NCBI GenBank assembly: GCA_016839815.1
Contig: JAEOTM010000177.1
Span: 1-22,012, forward strand
Direction of reading: 5' to 3'
DNA: 22,012 nt
From: Candidatus Hodarchaeota archaeon
GTDB taxonomy: Archaea; Asgardarchaeota; Heimdallarchaeia; Hodarchaeales; Hodarchaeaceae
Each line of letters opens with the position of its first letter. The stretch's first letter is position 1. A program made the translations under genes and the position numbers. Below the pieces are notes generated by a model that made no database searches, was not told where the DNA came from, and was given only the letters and a program-made list of their open reading frames with translations. Below are positions 1 through 8,804 of the stretch, piece by piece.

Positions 1-59
1 ACAGAAGAGTACTAATTAAAATAATCAGCGATAACTGAAGTAGAAGAAGGATTTTACAA

Positions 60-821
60 TTGGTGGAACCTGTTCTAAAAGTTGAAGAAATTTTCAAGGA
101 ATTTTCAGAAAAAGGAGAAATATTTTCTGTCCTGAACGGAATATCATTTACAATTAATAACAGTGAAATGGTTGCTGTAATGGGTCCTTCAGGGGCAGGT
201 AAGACGACTCTACTCAATATTTTGTCTGGTCTAGATACTCCAACGAGTGGTCGGGTTATTCTAGGTCAGTACGATGTTCATAAAGTGGATGATGATACAG
301 CAGCTGTTATCAGAAGAAAAAACCTTGGGTTGGTTTTTCAAGAATTCTACTTACTACCCTCTTTGACTGCTTACGAGAATGTTGAGGTTCCGTTATTGTT
401 TGATGGGACATCAGAAAATCAGCGCGGAACTGCGATCATTGATGCGTTAGAGCACGTAGGTATGACTGATAAAGAAAATTTCTATCCATCCGAACTTTCT
501 GGTGGGGAAAAACAGCGAATTGCGATTGCTAGGGCATTTTTAACAGATCCTGAGATTCTGATTTTAGATGATTCGGTGTCAGCGGTTGATAGTGAAACAG
601 AAGAGAAGATTACAAATGCTTTAGATAATATAACTCAGAATCGAACAACAATAATCATTACACACAGATTGCACACCATAAGATCATCAGATAAAATAAT
701 TGTGCTAAAATCAGGAAATAGTGTAGCTGAAGGGCAGCATGATGAACTAATACAGTGGTCAGAAGATTACCGTCGAATATTTGGAAAACATCTTTTCTTA
801 CCAGAATTGCAGGTAAAATAA
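60..821 (+). CDS. ABC ATP-binding protein, apparently chimeric (LolD/MacB-like N-half + ABC-exporter NBD-like C-half)
   Basis: Walker A GPSGAGKT, Q-loop VFQEFYLL, signature LSGGEKQR, degenerate Walker B LILDD, H-loop ITHRL. No TM segments. TTG start at 60 (GTG at 63 is an alternative). Confidence 0.85.
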   Translation: MVEPVLKVEEIFKEFSEKGEIFSVLNGISFTINNSEMVAVMGPSGAGKTTLLNILSGLDTPTSGRVILGQYDVHKVDDDTAAVIRRKNLGLVFQEFYLLPSLTAYENVEVPLLFDGTSENQRGTAIIDALEHVGMTDKENFYPSELSGGEKQRIAIARAFLTDPEILILDDSVSAVDSETEEKITNALDNITQNRTTIIITHRLHTIRSSDKIIVLKSGNSVAEGQHDELIQWSEDYRRIFGKHLFLPELQVK

Positions 822-838
822 CTATCAGGTGAATAAAA

Positions 839-2626
839 ATGGGATTATACAGAGGTCTCTTTAAAGACTCTTATAAACGAGAGTATACGGATCAAGAATT
901 ATTTCGACGGTATATTACTCGAATATTTCCATATAAAAGAAGTGTTTTCCTAATTTCTACATTCATCCTGATTTCAACAATCGCAGATATTCTACTTCCT
1001 TTAGTCCTTGGCTTTACGATTCATGAGTTGGAGAATGTAGATGCAGATCTAAATGTGATAGTAGCTGCTGGAATAGCTTATATCTCTCTCTCAACTCTAA
1101 TTTGGATTATGTTTAGCCTACGTCGACGACAAGTGGGAAAATTTGTTCCATTTTTCTTAGAAGAACTTAGAATGGATATATTTGATAAGCTCCAGGAACA
1201 AGATATGAGTTTTTACGATAGACACCTTTCAGGTAGTCTCAATTCAAGAGTATCTAACGATGCGCTTGATTTTGGAAATACAACTATTCTTTTAACTGAT
1301 ACAATCGGAAATTTACTGATAAGTATCGTTACATTCGCAATTTTATTGGTATTAAACCCAGTATTAGCTTTTACAACAGTACTAGGAATTCCAGTACTGT
1401 TCATCTTGATGTTTTCTTTAAGAAAATTGGCTAGACGAGTTTCCCGAAAATATCGAATCTCAATAAGCAATGTAAATTCTTCAATGGTTGAAGCAATTGA
1501 GGGAATTCAAGTCTGTAAAAGTTATGGGCAGGAAGCGACAGTCTCGGAGCGATTTCATGAGACAAATGAGAATTATTTTCGAAGTGCTTTTCGAGTGACT
1601 GCTGTAACGCATATCTGGAGATCAGTTTTAGATACCATAACAGCTTTGGTCCTAATCGCTATAATTTTACAGGGAGAACAGCTGATAGTCCAAGGTTTAG
1701 CTAATCCTGCGATAATAGTGATGTACATTCTCTACGTTCAAAGATTTTTTCAACCAATTATGGTTTTGGCTACCTTTTTTCCTGAACTAAGCGCGGGGAT
1801 GGCAGCTTATGAACGTATTCTCGAAATCTTAGATTCTAAACTGCAGATACAACAAACAACTGAATCAATTGATCCAAAAATTAACAGAGGAGAAATCGAA
1901 TTTAGGGATGTAGATTTCTCTTATCGAGAAGGGGAAGCCGTACTGAAAAACTTTAGCCTCAAGATTCCTGGAGGAGAAAAACTAGCTGTTGTCGGCCATA
2001 CTGGTGCTGGAAAATCGAGTTTAGTAAAATTACTAATTAGGTTATATGAATATCAAAGTGGAATTATTAAAATTGATGGAAAGGACATTCGTGATTTTAA
2101 GTTGTCAGCCTATCGAAAACACGTTGGTATGGTACAACAAGACGTGTTCCTATTCTCTGGAACTATCAAAGAAAATATCCGTTATGGAAATCGTGATGCT
2201 ACGGAAAAAGATCTTATGAAAGCAATAGAAGCGGTTCATCTGGGAGAATTACTAGAATATCTACCTAATGCTCTTCATACACAGGTTGGAGAACGTGGGA
2301 AAGGACTATCTGCAGGTCAACGTCAGCTTGTTAGTTTTGCTCGTGCGCTCCTTACTGATCCAAAAATCCTCATCTTGGATGAAGCAACGGCAAGTGTGGA
2401 TGCTTATACAGAGGCAATGATACAAGAAGCCCTAGAAACTCTTTTATCTAGTCGAACATCTATTATTATTGCTCATAGACTTTCTACAATCTTAAAAGCA
2501 GATAGAATCATAGTTATGGAAAAAGGAAGAATCATTGAAGAAGGGACGCATGAATCCCTACTTAATAAGCAGGGGAAATATGGACAACTCTACAATCAAT
2601 ATTATGCACATCAAAAATTAGACTAG
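839..2626 (+). CDS. ABC exporter half-transporter (TMD + NBD; MdlB/TM288-like subunit of a heterodimeric exporter)
   Basis: N-terminal multi-pass hydrophobic domain, Walker A GHTGAGKS, degenerate signature LSAGQ, Walker B LILDEAT, IAHRL. RBS-like AGGTGA upstream. Confidence 0.92.
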   Translation: MGLYRGLFKDSYKREYTDQELFRRYITRIFPYKRSVFLISTFILISTIADILLPLVLGFTIHELENVDADLNVIVAAGIAYISLSTLIWIMFSLRRRQVGKFVPFFLEELRMDIFDKLQEQDMSFYDRHLSGSLNSRVSNDALDFGNTTILLTDTIGNLLISIVTFAILLVLNPVLAFTTVLGIPVLFILMFSLRKLARRVSRKYRISISNVNSSMVEAIEGIQVCKSYGQEATVSERFHETNENYFRSAFRVTAVTHIWRSVLDTITALVLIAIILQGEQLIVQGLANPAIIVMYILYVQRFFQPIMVLATFFPELSAGMAAYERILEILDSKLQIQQTTESIDPKINRGEIEFRDVDFSYREGEAVLKNFSLKIPGGEKLAVVGHTGAGKSSLVKLLIRLYEYQSGIIKIDGKDIRDFKLSAYRKHVGMVQQDVFLFSGTIKENIRYGNRDATEKDLMKAIEAVHLGELLEYLPNALHTQVGERGKGLSAGQRQLVSFARALLTDPKILILDEATASVDAYTEAMIQEALETLLSSRTSIIIAHRLSTILKADRIIVMEKGRIIEEGTHESLLNKQGKYGQLYNQYYAHQKLD

Positions 2627-2737
2627 AGATTGAGAAGTATAGTCAGCTTACGGTGAAGTACCTATTCCGAGTCCGCAATGTATATATCCAATTATCATGA
2701 TTTCAGAAATTAAACATTGATGAAAAGAGTGTAGATT

Positions 2738-3337
2738 ATGTCAAGTGAAGAAAATTCATTGAAAAAGAGCGAGGAGGCTTTCTGGAGAGAACTGATGGTT
2801 CAATATTGGTATTTCGTAGTGATATTTGGTGTAGTCATAATAGGAGCGATCATCGGATTCTTATTAATAATCGATTCATATGTTAAGACTTCGACAATTG
2901 GGGGTCAAGGAACTTGGACCTTCAATCAGTTTTCAATGGGAACCTTATTAGAATTCATAATCTTTCTAGTTTTACAAATTTTGGTCTTTGATATTATCCC
3001 TGTATTAATCATAATAGGAATCCTTGTCGGCATCCTTTGGTATGGAGTCTTTTCTCCAGAAGTGAAAGAAGAACTAAAATCCCGGTCAAAGGAAGACGAT
3101 GAAGACAAAAAGAGATTCGGGAAAGGAAGCGAAGGTGGCGGAGCATTTGGCTTCTTTATGTTTATCGGAGTATGTATCTATGTTTGGTTCGACGGAAATT
3201 GGTTAACAGAATTTGGAGACTTAAGTGTTCGATATTTTGTTGATGCTTGGATTGCTGTTTTCTTATGGGCATTACTTATTGGTGCAATTTTTATAATAAT
3301 CGGAATGGCATGGTTCATTAACAAGTATAAAGAGTAA
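2738..3337 (+). CDS. Hypothetical membrane protein (about 4 TM segments with a charged loop)
   Basis: 199-aa ORF with four long hydrophobic stretches. GAGTG RBS-like motif upstream. Confidence 0.8.
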   Translation: MSSEENSLKKSEEAFWRELMVQYWYFVVIFGVVIIGAIIGFLLIIDSYVKTSTIGGQGTWTFNQFSMGTLLEFIIFLVLQILVFDIIPVLIIIGILVGILWYGVFSPEVKEELKSRSKEDDEDKKRFGKGSEGGGAFGFFMFIGVCIYVWFDGNWLTEFGDLSVRYFVDAWIAVFLWALLIGAIFIIIGMAWFINKYKE

Positions 3338-3360
3338 GGGGAAGAGAATCCCCTTTTTTT
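3336..3360 (+). terminator. Putative hairpin + U-tract terminator
   Basis: AAGGGGA-AGAGAA-TCCCCTT stem-loop running into a T7 tract directly at the stop of 2738..3337. Confidence 0.55.
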
Positions 3361-3478
3361 CCAAATATCCAAATATCATCATGAAATACAGAGAATTGAT
3401 ATCAAGTATTATTGATGTGACTTTGCCAGTGTAAAAATTGAAATATAATATCTTAATTCACTCGTAACTGGAGATATT

Positions 3479-4381
3479 ATGGTATCTGGAATTCATTTTT
3501 TACTGACAATGAGTTGTAATTTTGAGTGTGATCATTGTTTTTTATATTGTAGTCCCCGCTTTGAGGGAACTTTCACATTAAATCAGTTAAAAGCCGTTCA
3601 TGAAGAGATGAAGAAACTTGGGACAATAAAAATGGTTTTTTATGAAGGAGGAGAACCATTTCTCTTCTATCCTCTTATGACAGAAGGGATTAAGATGTCT
3701 CATGAACTAGGAGCTAGTACTGGTATTGTAACAAATTCATACTGGGCGATATCTGATGAAGACGCGGAATTGTGGTTGAAACCTTTGTTAGAGCTGGGAG
3801 TATCAAACGTTAGTGTAAGTAATGATGAATTTCATCATGGAGATGTAGAAATTAATCCTGCCTCTAGGGCTTCTGCCGCATTGAATCGGATAAAAATAGA
3901 TGGAGGGGAGATATGTATTAAACCACCATCATTGGATCTAGATAAGACACAGGAAAAGGGCGAACCTGTTATTGGAGGTGGGGCAATGTTCAGAGGAAGA
4001 GCTGTTGAAAAACTAATAACTGATGAATTACCACGAAAAACCTGGACAGAATTTACTGAATGTCCCCATGAAGAACTAATTTCACCACAGAGAGTCCATA
4101 TTGATCCATTCGGTAATGTTCATATCTGTCAAGGACTCAGTATGGGGAATATGTGGGAAACCCCACTATCAGAACTTATAGAATCCTATAATGGCAGTTC
4201 TCATCCGATATGTGGCCCATTAATAGAAGGTGGCCCAGCTGAATTAGCACGAAAGTATAATATCGATCATGAGGAGAGTTATGTTGATGCCTGCCATCTT
4301 TGTTACCTCACTCGAAAGGCTTTAATTGATAAATTTCCAGAATACCTTGCTCCTAAAGGAGTATATGGACTTAATCAGTAG
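3479..4381 (+). CDS. Radical SAM protein with Cys-containing C-terminal extension (SPASM/twitch-like)
   Basis: CxxxCxxC (CNFECDHC, aa 13-20), EGGEP motif, VTN motif, C-terminal CPHE..HIDPFGNVHICQG..ICGP..CHLCY. Confidence 0.9.
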   Translation: MVSGIHFLLTMSCNFECDHCFLYCSPRFEGTFTLNQLKAVHEEMKKLGTIKMVFYEGGEPFLFYPLMTEGIKMSHELGASTGIVTNSYWAISDEDAELWLKPLLELGVSNVSVSNDEFHHGDVEINPASRASAALNRIKIDGGEICIKPPSLDLDKTQEKGEPVIGGGAMFRGRAVEKLITDELPRKTWTEFTECPHEELISPQRVHIDPFGNVHICQGLSMGNMWETPLSELIESYNGSSHPICGPLIEGGPAELARKYNIDHEESYVDACHLCYLTRKALIDKFPEYLAPKGVYGLNQ

Positions 4382-4480
4382 ATCCCCCCTCAAACAGAAT
4401 TAATTACTAAGATACGAATATGGAAGTAAAGTTTCATCTAACCTCTTTCTCAATTAACCTGAGACCTAGAGTGGATTAAA

Positions 4481-6202
4481 CTGGAATCGATCACGAATCA
4501 AATTGAATCAAATCTATCGCGGGAAAAATACGAGGAAGCATTACACCTTATCCCTCCCTCTAACTCTCAAGAGACGTTAGATGATTCTACAGTAGTAACA
4601 ATTAGGTATTTTCAGGGGATATGTTTTTTAAATCTAGGAGAACTAGAAAAAGCTAGGGAAACTTCAAATGAGTTACTTAAATTAAGTCAAAAGATACAGG
4701 ATATATCTTTTGGTCTTAAAGCTATCTGTCTATTACTTAAAGTATCAATAAAGTTCGAAACAAGGGAAGAAAGTAGAAAATTAATTGCCCATGGAGAAAG
4801 ACTACTCAATCTCCAAACATCTTCGAAGTCAAGAGAATTTAAACAATGTCTAGCCGAATTTCTATACCTAAAAGCATCAATTTTCGACCCTAATGCGGAT
4901 TCTGATGAAAAGATAAATTCAATTCAGAAAAGCTTATCCATAAGAGAGATGATTGAAGATCAAAATGGGGTGAGTGAATCATATTATGGTTTGGGAAATT
5001 TTTATCTGTATAAGGGAGATCGCAAAATCGCTCTGAAATATTTCAAAAAAAGTTTAGCTGTTGGAGATGAAACTGGGAATAAATATCACAGTTCTCGGGC
5101 TTATCGAGCATTAGGGAATGTTGCCCTATTTAAAGGTGAATTCAATGAGTCAATATTCTATACTCAAAAAGCACTGTCTCTAGTGGAGAGCATTAAGAAT
5201 AAATGTGAGATTTCCCATAATTTACAGCATTTAGGAGAAATCTTCTATTTGAAAGGAGAATTAGAGACCGCAAAAGAACATCTCATAAATGCCTTGGATC
5301 TAGCCGAAAAAACCAATTTTACCACAATGATAATCCAATGTCTCTATAGTCTTGGAAGACTATTACAGGATCAAGGAGATATTGAAAGCTCCTTGAAACA
5401 CTTTAAAGAAGCATTGAATATTGTTAAAAACCGAAAAGCGAAGTTTTTCTTAGCAGAAGGTCTCTATAATCTTATTCGACTTTATACATACCATCTTTCA
5501 CCTACTAAAGCCACTCCACTTATAATAGAGTTAGAAGAATTAATACAACAAGAAAATACTATGTGGAACAATTTAATATACCAAGCAGGAAGAGCTCTTG
5601 TCCTGAAAACGAGTAAACGATTACCTGATAAAATGGAAGCATTAACGCTTTTTCAAAAGGTCGCAGAAGAACCCTATAGCATTTTTAAAGTTACTGTGGA
5701 AGCAATAATAAATATCTGCGAGCTTTTACTGTATGAATTAAAAATTACGGGTAATGAGATGTTACTTGATGAGTTAGATCGTCACTGTAATCGTTTACTT
5801 GAGATGGCCGAAGACCAAAATTCCTATTCACTACTAGCGGAAACCTACTGGCTACAATCCAAGCTAGCTCTTTTAAATCTTAAAATTCGTCAAGCCCAAG
5901 CATTATTACTTAAAGCTCAGGCAATAGCAGAAGAAAAAGGATTGAAAGCTTTAGCTAATTCAATAGGTTATGATCATTTCTCTTTTTTCTCTCAATTACA
6001 CAAGTGGGAGGATTACTTAGAAAAGGAAGTTTCACTAGATCGTCGGATTGAGTTAGCACAGCTCGAAGAACTTGTTATTAAACTAATCTATAAGCAAGCA
6101 GATGAAATCCCAAGCAAAACTTTAGAGGAACTGCTGAAAGCCGAGGCGTTCCAGGAATACTTGAGAGATGCCAAAAAAATTCTCTCTGAACATGATCGTT
6201 AA
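4481..6202 (+). CDS. Tetratricopeptide-repeat (TPR) protein; start probably upstream of the tracked ATG at 4949
   Basis: Repeated TPR-like units (GLGNFYLYKGD..AL.YF, ALGNVALFKGE, HLGEIFYLKGE, SLGRLLQDQGD). The frame is open without stops from 4463 to 4949 and encodes a further TPR-like unit (YFQGICFLNLGELEKA). CTG at 4481 follows GAGTGGA. The exact start is uncertain. Confidence 0.8.
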   Translation: MESITNQIESNLSREKYEEALHLIPPSNSQETLDDSTVVTIRYFQGICFLNLGELEKARETSNELLKLSQKIQDISFGLKAICLLLKVSIKFETREESRKLIAHGERLLNLQTSSKSREFKQCLAEFLYLKASIFDPNADSDEKINSIQKSLSIREMIEDQNGVSESYYGLGNFYLYKGDRKIALKYFKKSLAVGDETGNKYHSSRAYRALGNVALFKGEFNESIFYTQKALSLVESIKNKCEISHNLQHLGEIFYLKGELETAKEHLINALDLAEKTNFTTMIIQCLYSLGRLLQDQGDIESSLKHFKEALNIVKNRKAKFFLAEGLYNLIRLYTYHLSPTKATPLIIELEELIQQENTMWNNLIYQAGRALVLKTSKRLPDKMEALTLFQKVAEEPYSIFKVTVEAIINICELLLYELKITGNEMLLDELDRHCNRLLEMAEDQNSYSLLAETYWLQSKLALLNLKIRQAQALLLKAQAIAEEKGLKALANSIGYDHFSFFSQLHKWEDYLEKEVSLDRRIELAQLEELVIKLIYKQADEIPSKTLEELLKAEAFQEYLRDAKKILSEHDR

Positions 6203-6295
6203 TTATTATTATAGAAAATGCAGATAAACGATTATTCCTACCGATTTTGTTGACAAATACACTTTCTGATATGTTAAAAGTTGTTTAAAGGGAAT

Positions 6296-8230
6296 TTAAA
6301 GTAGAATGTAAAGGATAGCGAGTATAGCAGGAATTATCGCTGAAACCAAAGGTCCAAATTTCACCATATTTGCAAAGACCTTTGTCCTTCTTGATTCAGA
6401 AAATCGGTTCTTAGAATAATTAATGTCTGAATATGTACCTTCTTTACAGTATTTGAGGAAAATTTTGCGGACTTTCTCAAGGTGTTTAATTTCTTCTTTA
6501 GTGGTCATTACTTCGAATATGATTCCTCGTGCTCTTCTAACGACCAAAAAGAATGAAACACAACTAGAAACGATAAGTAAAATGAACATAGCGGAGGAAA
6601 AATCAACTGTAAACTTTTTTCTAATGGATTGTAAAAAATAACCAGTGGATGTCGGAGTTCCGTTGGTGGAGCTAAATGGATCCTGAAAATCCTCCTCAGC
6701 AAGCGCTCCGATTTCTTTGAAAAAGATCAGAAGTAAGGAGAAAATTAGAAAAGGATTAAAGATGGCACCGAGATCCATAAAAAACCGTATTATTGGTTCT
6801 AACCAAGCAAAGGGTTTAAAGAGTGATTGAATTGATGTGATTAAGTGATTTATAAATTCATGAACTTCTGGTGGAATTAAACCCATCAAGTTCGGGAAAG
6901 CAATATCAAAAAGCCAAGGGAGAGTGATTGGGGCAGTAAAGGCAATAGACACACTGAGCGTTTGGAAAAATGTCCGAAATAAGAAGAAGGATACTCTTTT
7001 GGAGAAACGTTTCTCTTTTACATTCAGGTAAGAAGTTTCTTCAGGTTTTTCCTCTGCCTGGATCTTATCTCCTATTGTCAGCTCTTCAGTAATTTCTGAT
7101 TTAGCATCTTGATTCCAGTCAAGCCCTCTTTTAAAATTCGAAATAGGATTGAAGTAGGCGAGTTTAGCCAATAATAATTTATTTCCCGTAAAAGGATCAC
7201 TGTAACCCTCTTTTTCCCATAAGGTTTTCTTCCAAATGTCTGAGTAGGATATCCATGGGTTTGGAACACGAACAGTAAGATGATTAGGCTTAGTAGTAAA
7301 GGTTTCAGGTAAGTAGCCTAGCACTTCGCCATCAGCTTGATATAAGCATTTCTTTTGTGGAGAATCCACATGAATAGTACTCCCTTCAAAAGTTTCAACG
7401 CTTTCATGAGTAAGATGATCACCATGATACACCGTTGAGAAAAACCGTACTAGGGTAATTCGACTCATTTTCTGAACAGCAGTGACTGCAAATTTCCCAT
7501 CAGTTACTTCAGCCTCAGGACAGACATGCATACCACCTCCATAACGTTTACCGTTCCCAATGGCAACTAGCATCTTTCGGCCCTCAATGACTTGGTCTCT
7601 GTCCACGTGAATTACTAGATTATATGGCTTAAATTTTGCCAGAGACGTTCCTAGAGCTAATTGATAACTTCTATTTCCAAGAAATCGTTTAGTTCTCTTT
7701 GATCCTTTTTCTGTTCTATCTGCTACCTCTGCATCAAATCCCATTGATGCAATTCCAGCAAAATACCGATCTGCTTTTTCACAGTATCCTACATCAAAAT
7801 TTTTATTTTGTCCTTGAACTAAACATTGAACAGCTGCTTCTACATCTTCTTCCGGAATACCAAACACAGTAGGAGTATCATTACCAGTACCCACAGGGAT
7901 TGCAGAAAAAACTCCTCGTTCTTCTGCAGTTAGGATACCATTTAATACTTCATTTGCGGTCCCATCTCCTCCCACGGCGCAAATTATTTTGTACCCCTCA
8001 TTTACTTTAGTCCTTGCAATATCAATTGCTTGATAAGAAGGCGATGTAAATTCAAAATCATATTCCAAATCATAATTGTCCATTAATGGCTTGATTTGCT
8101 CCTCCCAAAGGGTTTTAACACGTCCTCCAGCAGCCACAGGATTAATTACAAGGAAAATCTCTTTCCCACTTACATTTGTCTTGTCACCTTCATATGTGAC
8201 TAATTCGGTAGGAGAGTTCTCTGGAGTCAT
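6296..8230 (-). CDS. Diacylglycerol/lipid kinase family protein (YegS/DgkB-like) fused to a C-terminal multi-pass membrane domain
   Basis: INPVAAGG, VGGDGTANEV, IPVGTGND, ASMGFDA, GNGKRYGGG and QADGE motifs within about aa 23-323, followed by about 320 aa with 4-5 hydrophobic segments. Confidence 0.88.
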   Translation of the reverse strand: MTPENSPTELVTYEGDKTNVSGKEIFLVINPVAAGGRVKTLWEEQIKPLMDNYDLEYDFEFTSPSYQAIDIARTKVNEGYKIICAVGGDGTANEVLNGILTAEERGVFSAIPVGTGNDTPTVFGIPEEDVEAAVQCLVQGQNKNFDVGYCEKADRYFAGIASMGFDAEVADRTEKGSKRTKRFLGNRSYQLALGTSLAKFKPYNLVIHVDRDQVIEGRKMLVAIGNGKRYGGGMHVCPEAEVTDGKFAVTAVQKMSRITLVRFFSTVYHGDHLTHESVETFEGSTIHVDSPQKKCLYQADGEVLGYLPETFTTKPNHLTVRVPNPWISYSDIWKKTLWEKEGYSDPFTGNKLLLAKLAYFNPISNFKRGLDWNQDAKSEITEELTIGDKIQAEEKPEETSYLNVKEKRFSKRVSFFLFRTFFQTLSVSIAFTAPITLPWLFDIAFPNLMGLIPPEVHEFINHLITSIQSLFKPFAWLEPIIRFFMDLGAIFNPFLIFSLLLIFFKEIGALAEEDFQDPFSSTNGTPTSTGYFLQSIRKKFTVDFSSAMFILLIVSSCVSFFLVVRRARGIIFEVMTTKEEIKHLEKVRKIFLKYCKEGTYSDINYSKNRFSESRRTKVFANMVKFGPLVSAIIPAILAILYILL

Positions 8231-8262
8231 GGTTCATCAATTCTGAAAGGTTGAAGAGCGTG

Positions 8263-8276
8263 TAATTAAAATTTCT
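8263..8276 (-). promoter_or_regulatory. Possible BRE/TATA-like promoter for the lipid kinase gene
   Basis: Minus strand reads AGAAAT-TTTAATTA about 33 nt upstream of the ATG at 8230, compatible with a short-leader archaeal transcript. The AT-rich background makes this weak. Confidence 0.3.
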
Positions 8277-8280
8277 ATAT

Positions 8281-8757
8281 TTAATCTGTTATCTCAACCA
8301 TTAAATCTAGTTTTAGTTTAAGAGCGAACTCTTCTGCATGCTTTAAGTCTTTAGCATTAGGTCTGCCCTTATTCATACCTCCAAAATATTTGAGGAAACT
8401 ATTAGTGTTAAACCCCTTACAAGCAAATTCATCAACAATAATGTAACCTTTAGATTGCAGTGTTTTTCTCAACGCTGAGTGATCATTAGTAACTTTATCT
8501 ACTCCCACCATCGCACTAGTAGAGAAAATAAAAGCTTTCTTGTTTGTGACTTGGGGGAGATTATCCGCAAGGTTAAGTAGAGATTTATGATGTGTATCGC
8601 TATAAATTCCTGAACCAAAACCAACTAGATCATAATTTTGAAGATCTACAGGATTCACTTGTTGGGGTTTTCTTATTTCGGAATCAAGAATCTTAGCAAA
8701 GACCTTAGCGATTTTCTCAGTATTTTTGTGGTGGAAGGAAAATACTACTAATAACAC
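8281..8757 (-). CDS. Flavodoxin family protein
   Basis: SFHHKNTEKIA FMN-loop-like motif, YDLVGFGSGIY, AFIFSTS, GRPN..DL..AEEFA. The start may be ATA at 8772. Confidence 0.85.
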   Translation of the reverse strand: MLLVVFSFHHKNTEKIAKVFAKILDSEIRKPQQVNPVDLQNYDLVGFGSGIYSDTHHKSLLNLADNLPQVTNKKAFIFSTSAMVGVDKVTNDHSALRKTLQSKGYIIVDEFACKGFNTNSFLKYFGGMNKGRPNAKDLKHAEEFALKLKLDLMVEITD

Positions 8758-8804
8758 CTTCTTGGAATTTATTACTAGACCTCCAACGGTTTATTTTTTT
8801 ATCG

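Noticed and set aside
1-38. Possible 3' end of an upstream gene (RRVLIKIISDN*, TGA at 36-38)
   Set aside because: Only 11 codons are visible, which cannot be distinguished from chance.
3361-3377. Short tandem repeat CCAAATAT x2
   Set aside because: Only two 8-bp copies in AT-rich DNA. It is not a CRISPR or a supported repeat family.
3381-3434. 17-aa ORF MKYRELISSIIDVTLPV upstream of the radical SAM gene as a possible RiPP precursor
   Set aside because: No RBS, no recognisable core or leader motif, no RRE or peptidase genes, and it lies in the likely promoter region.
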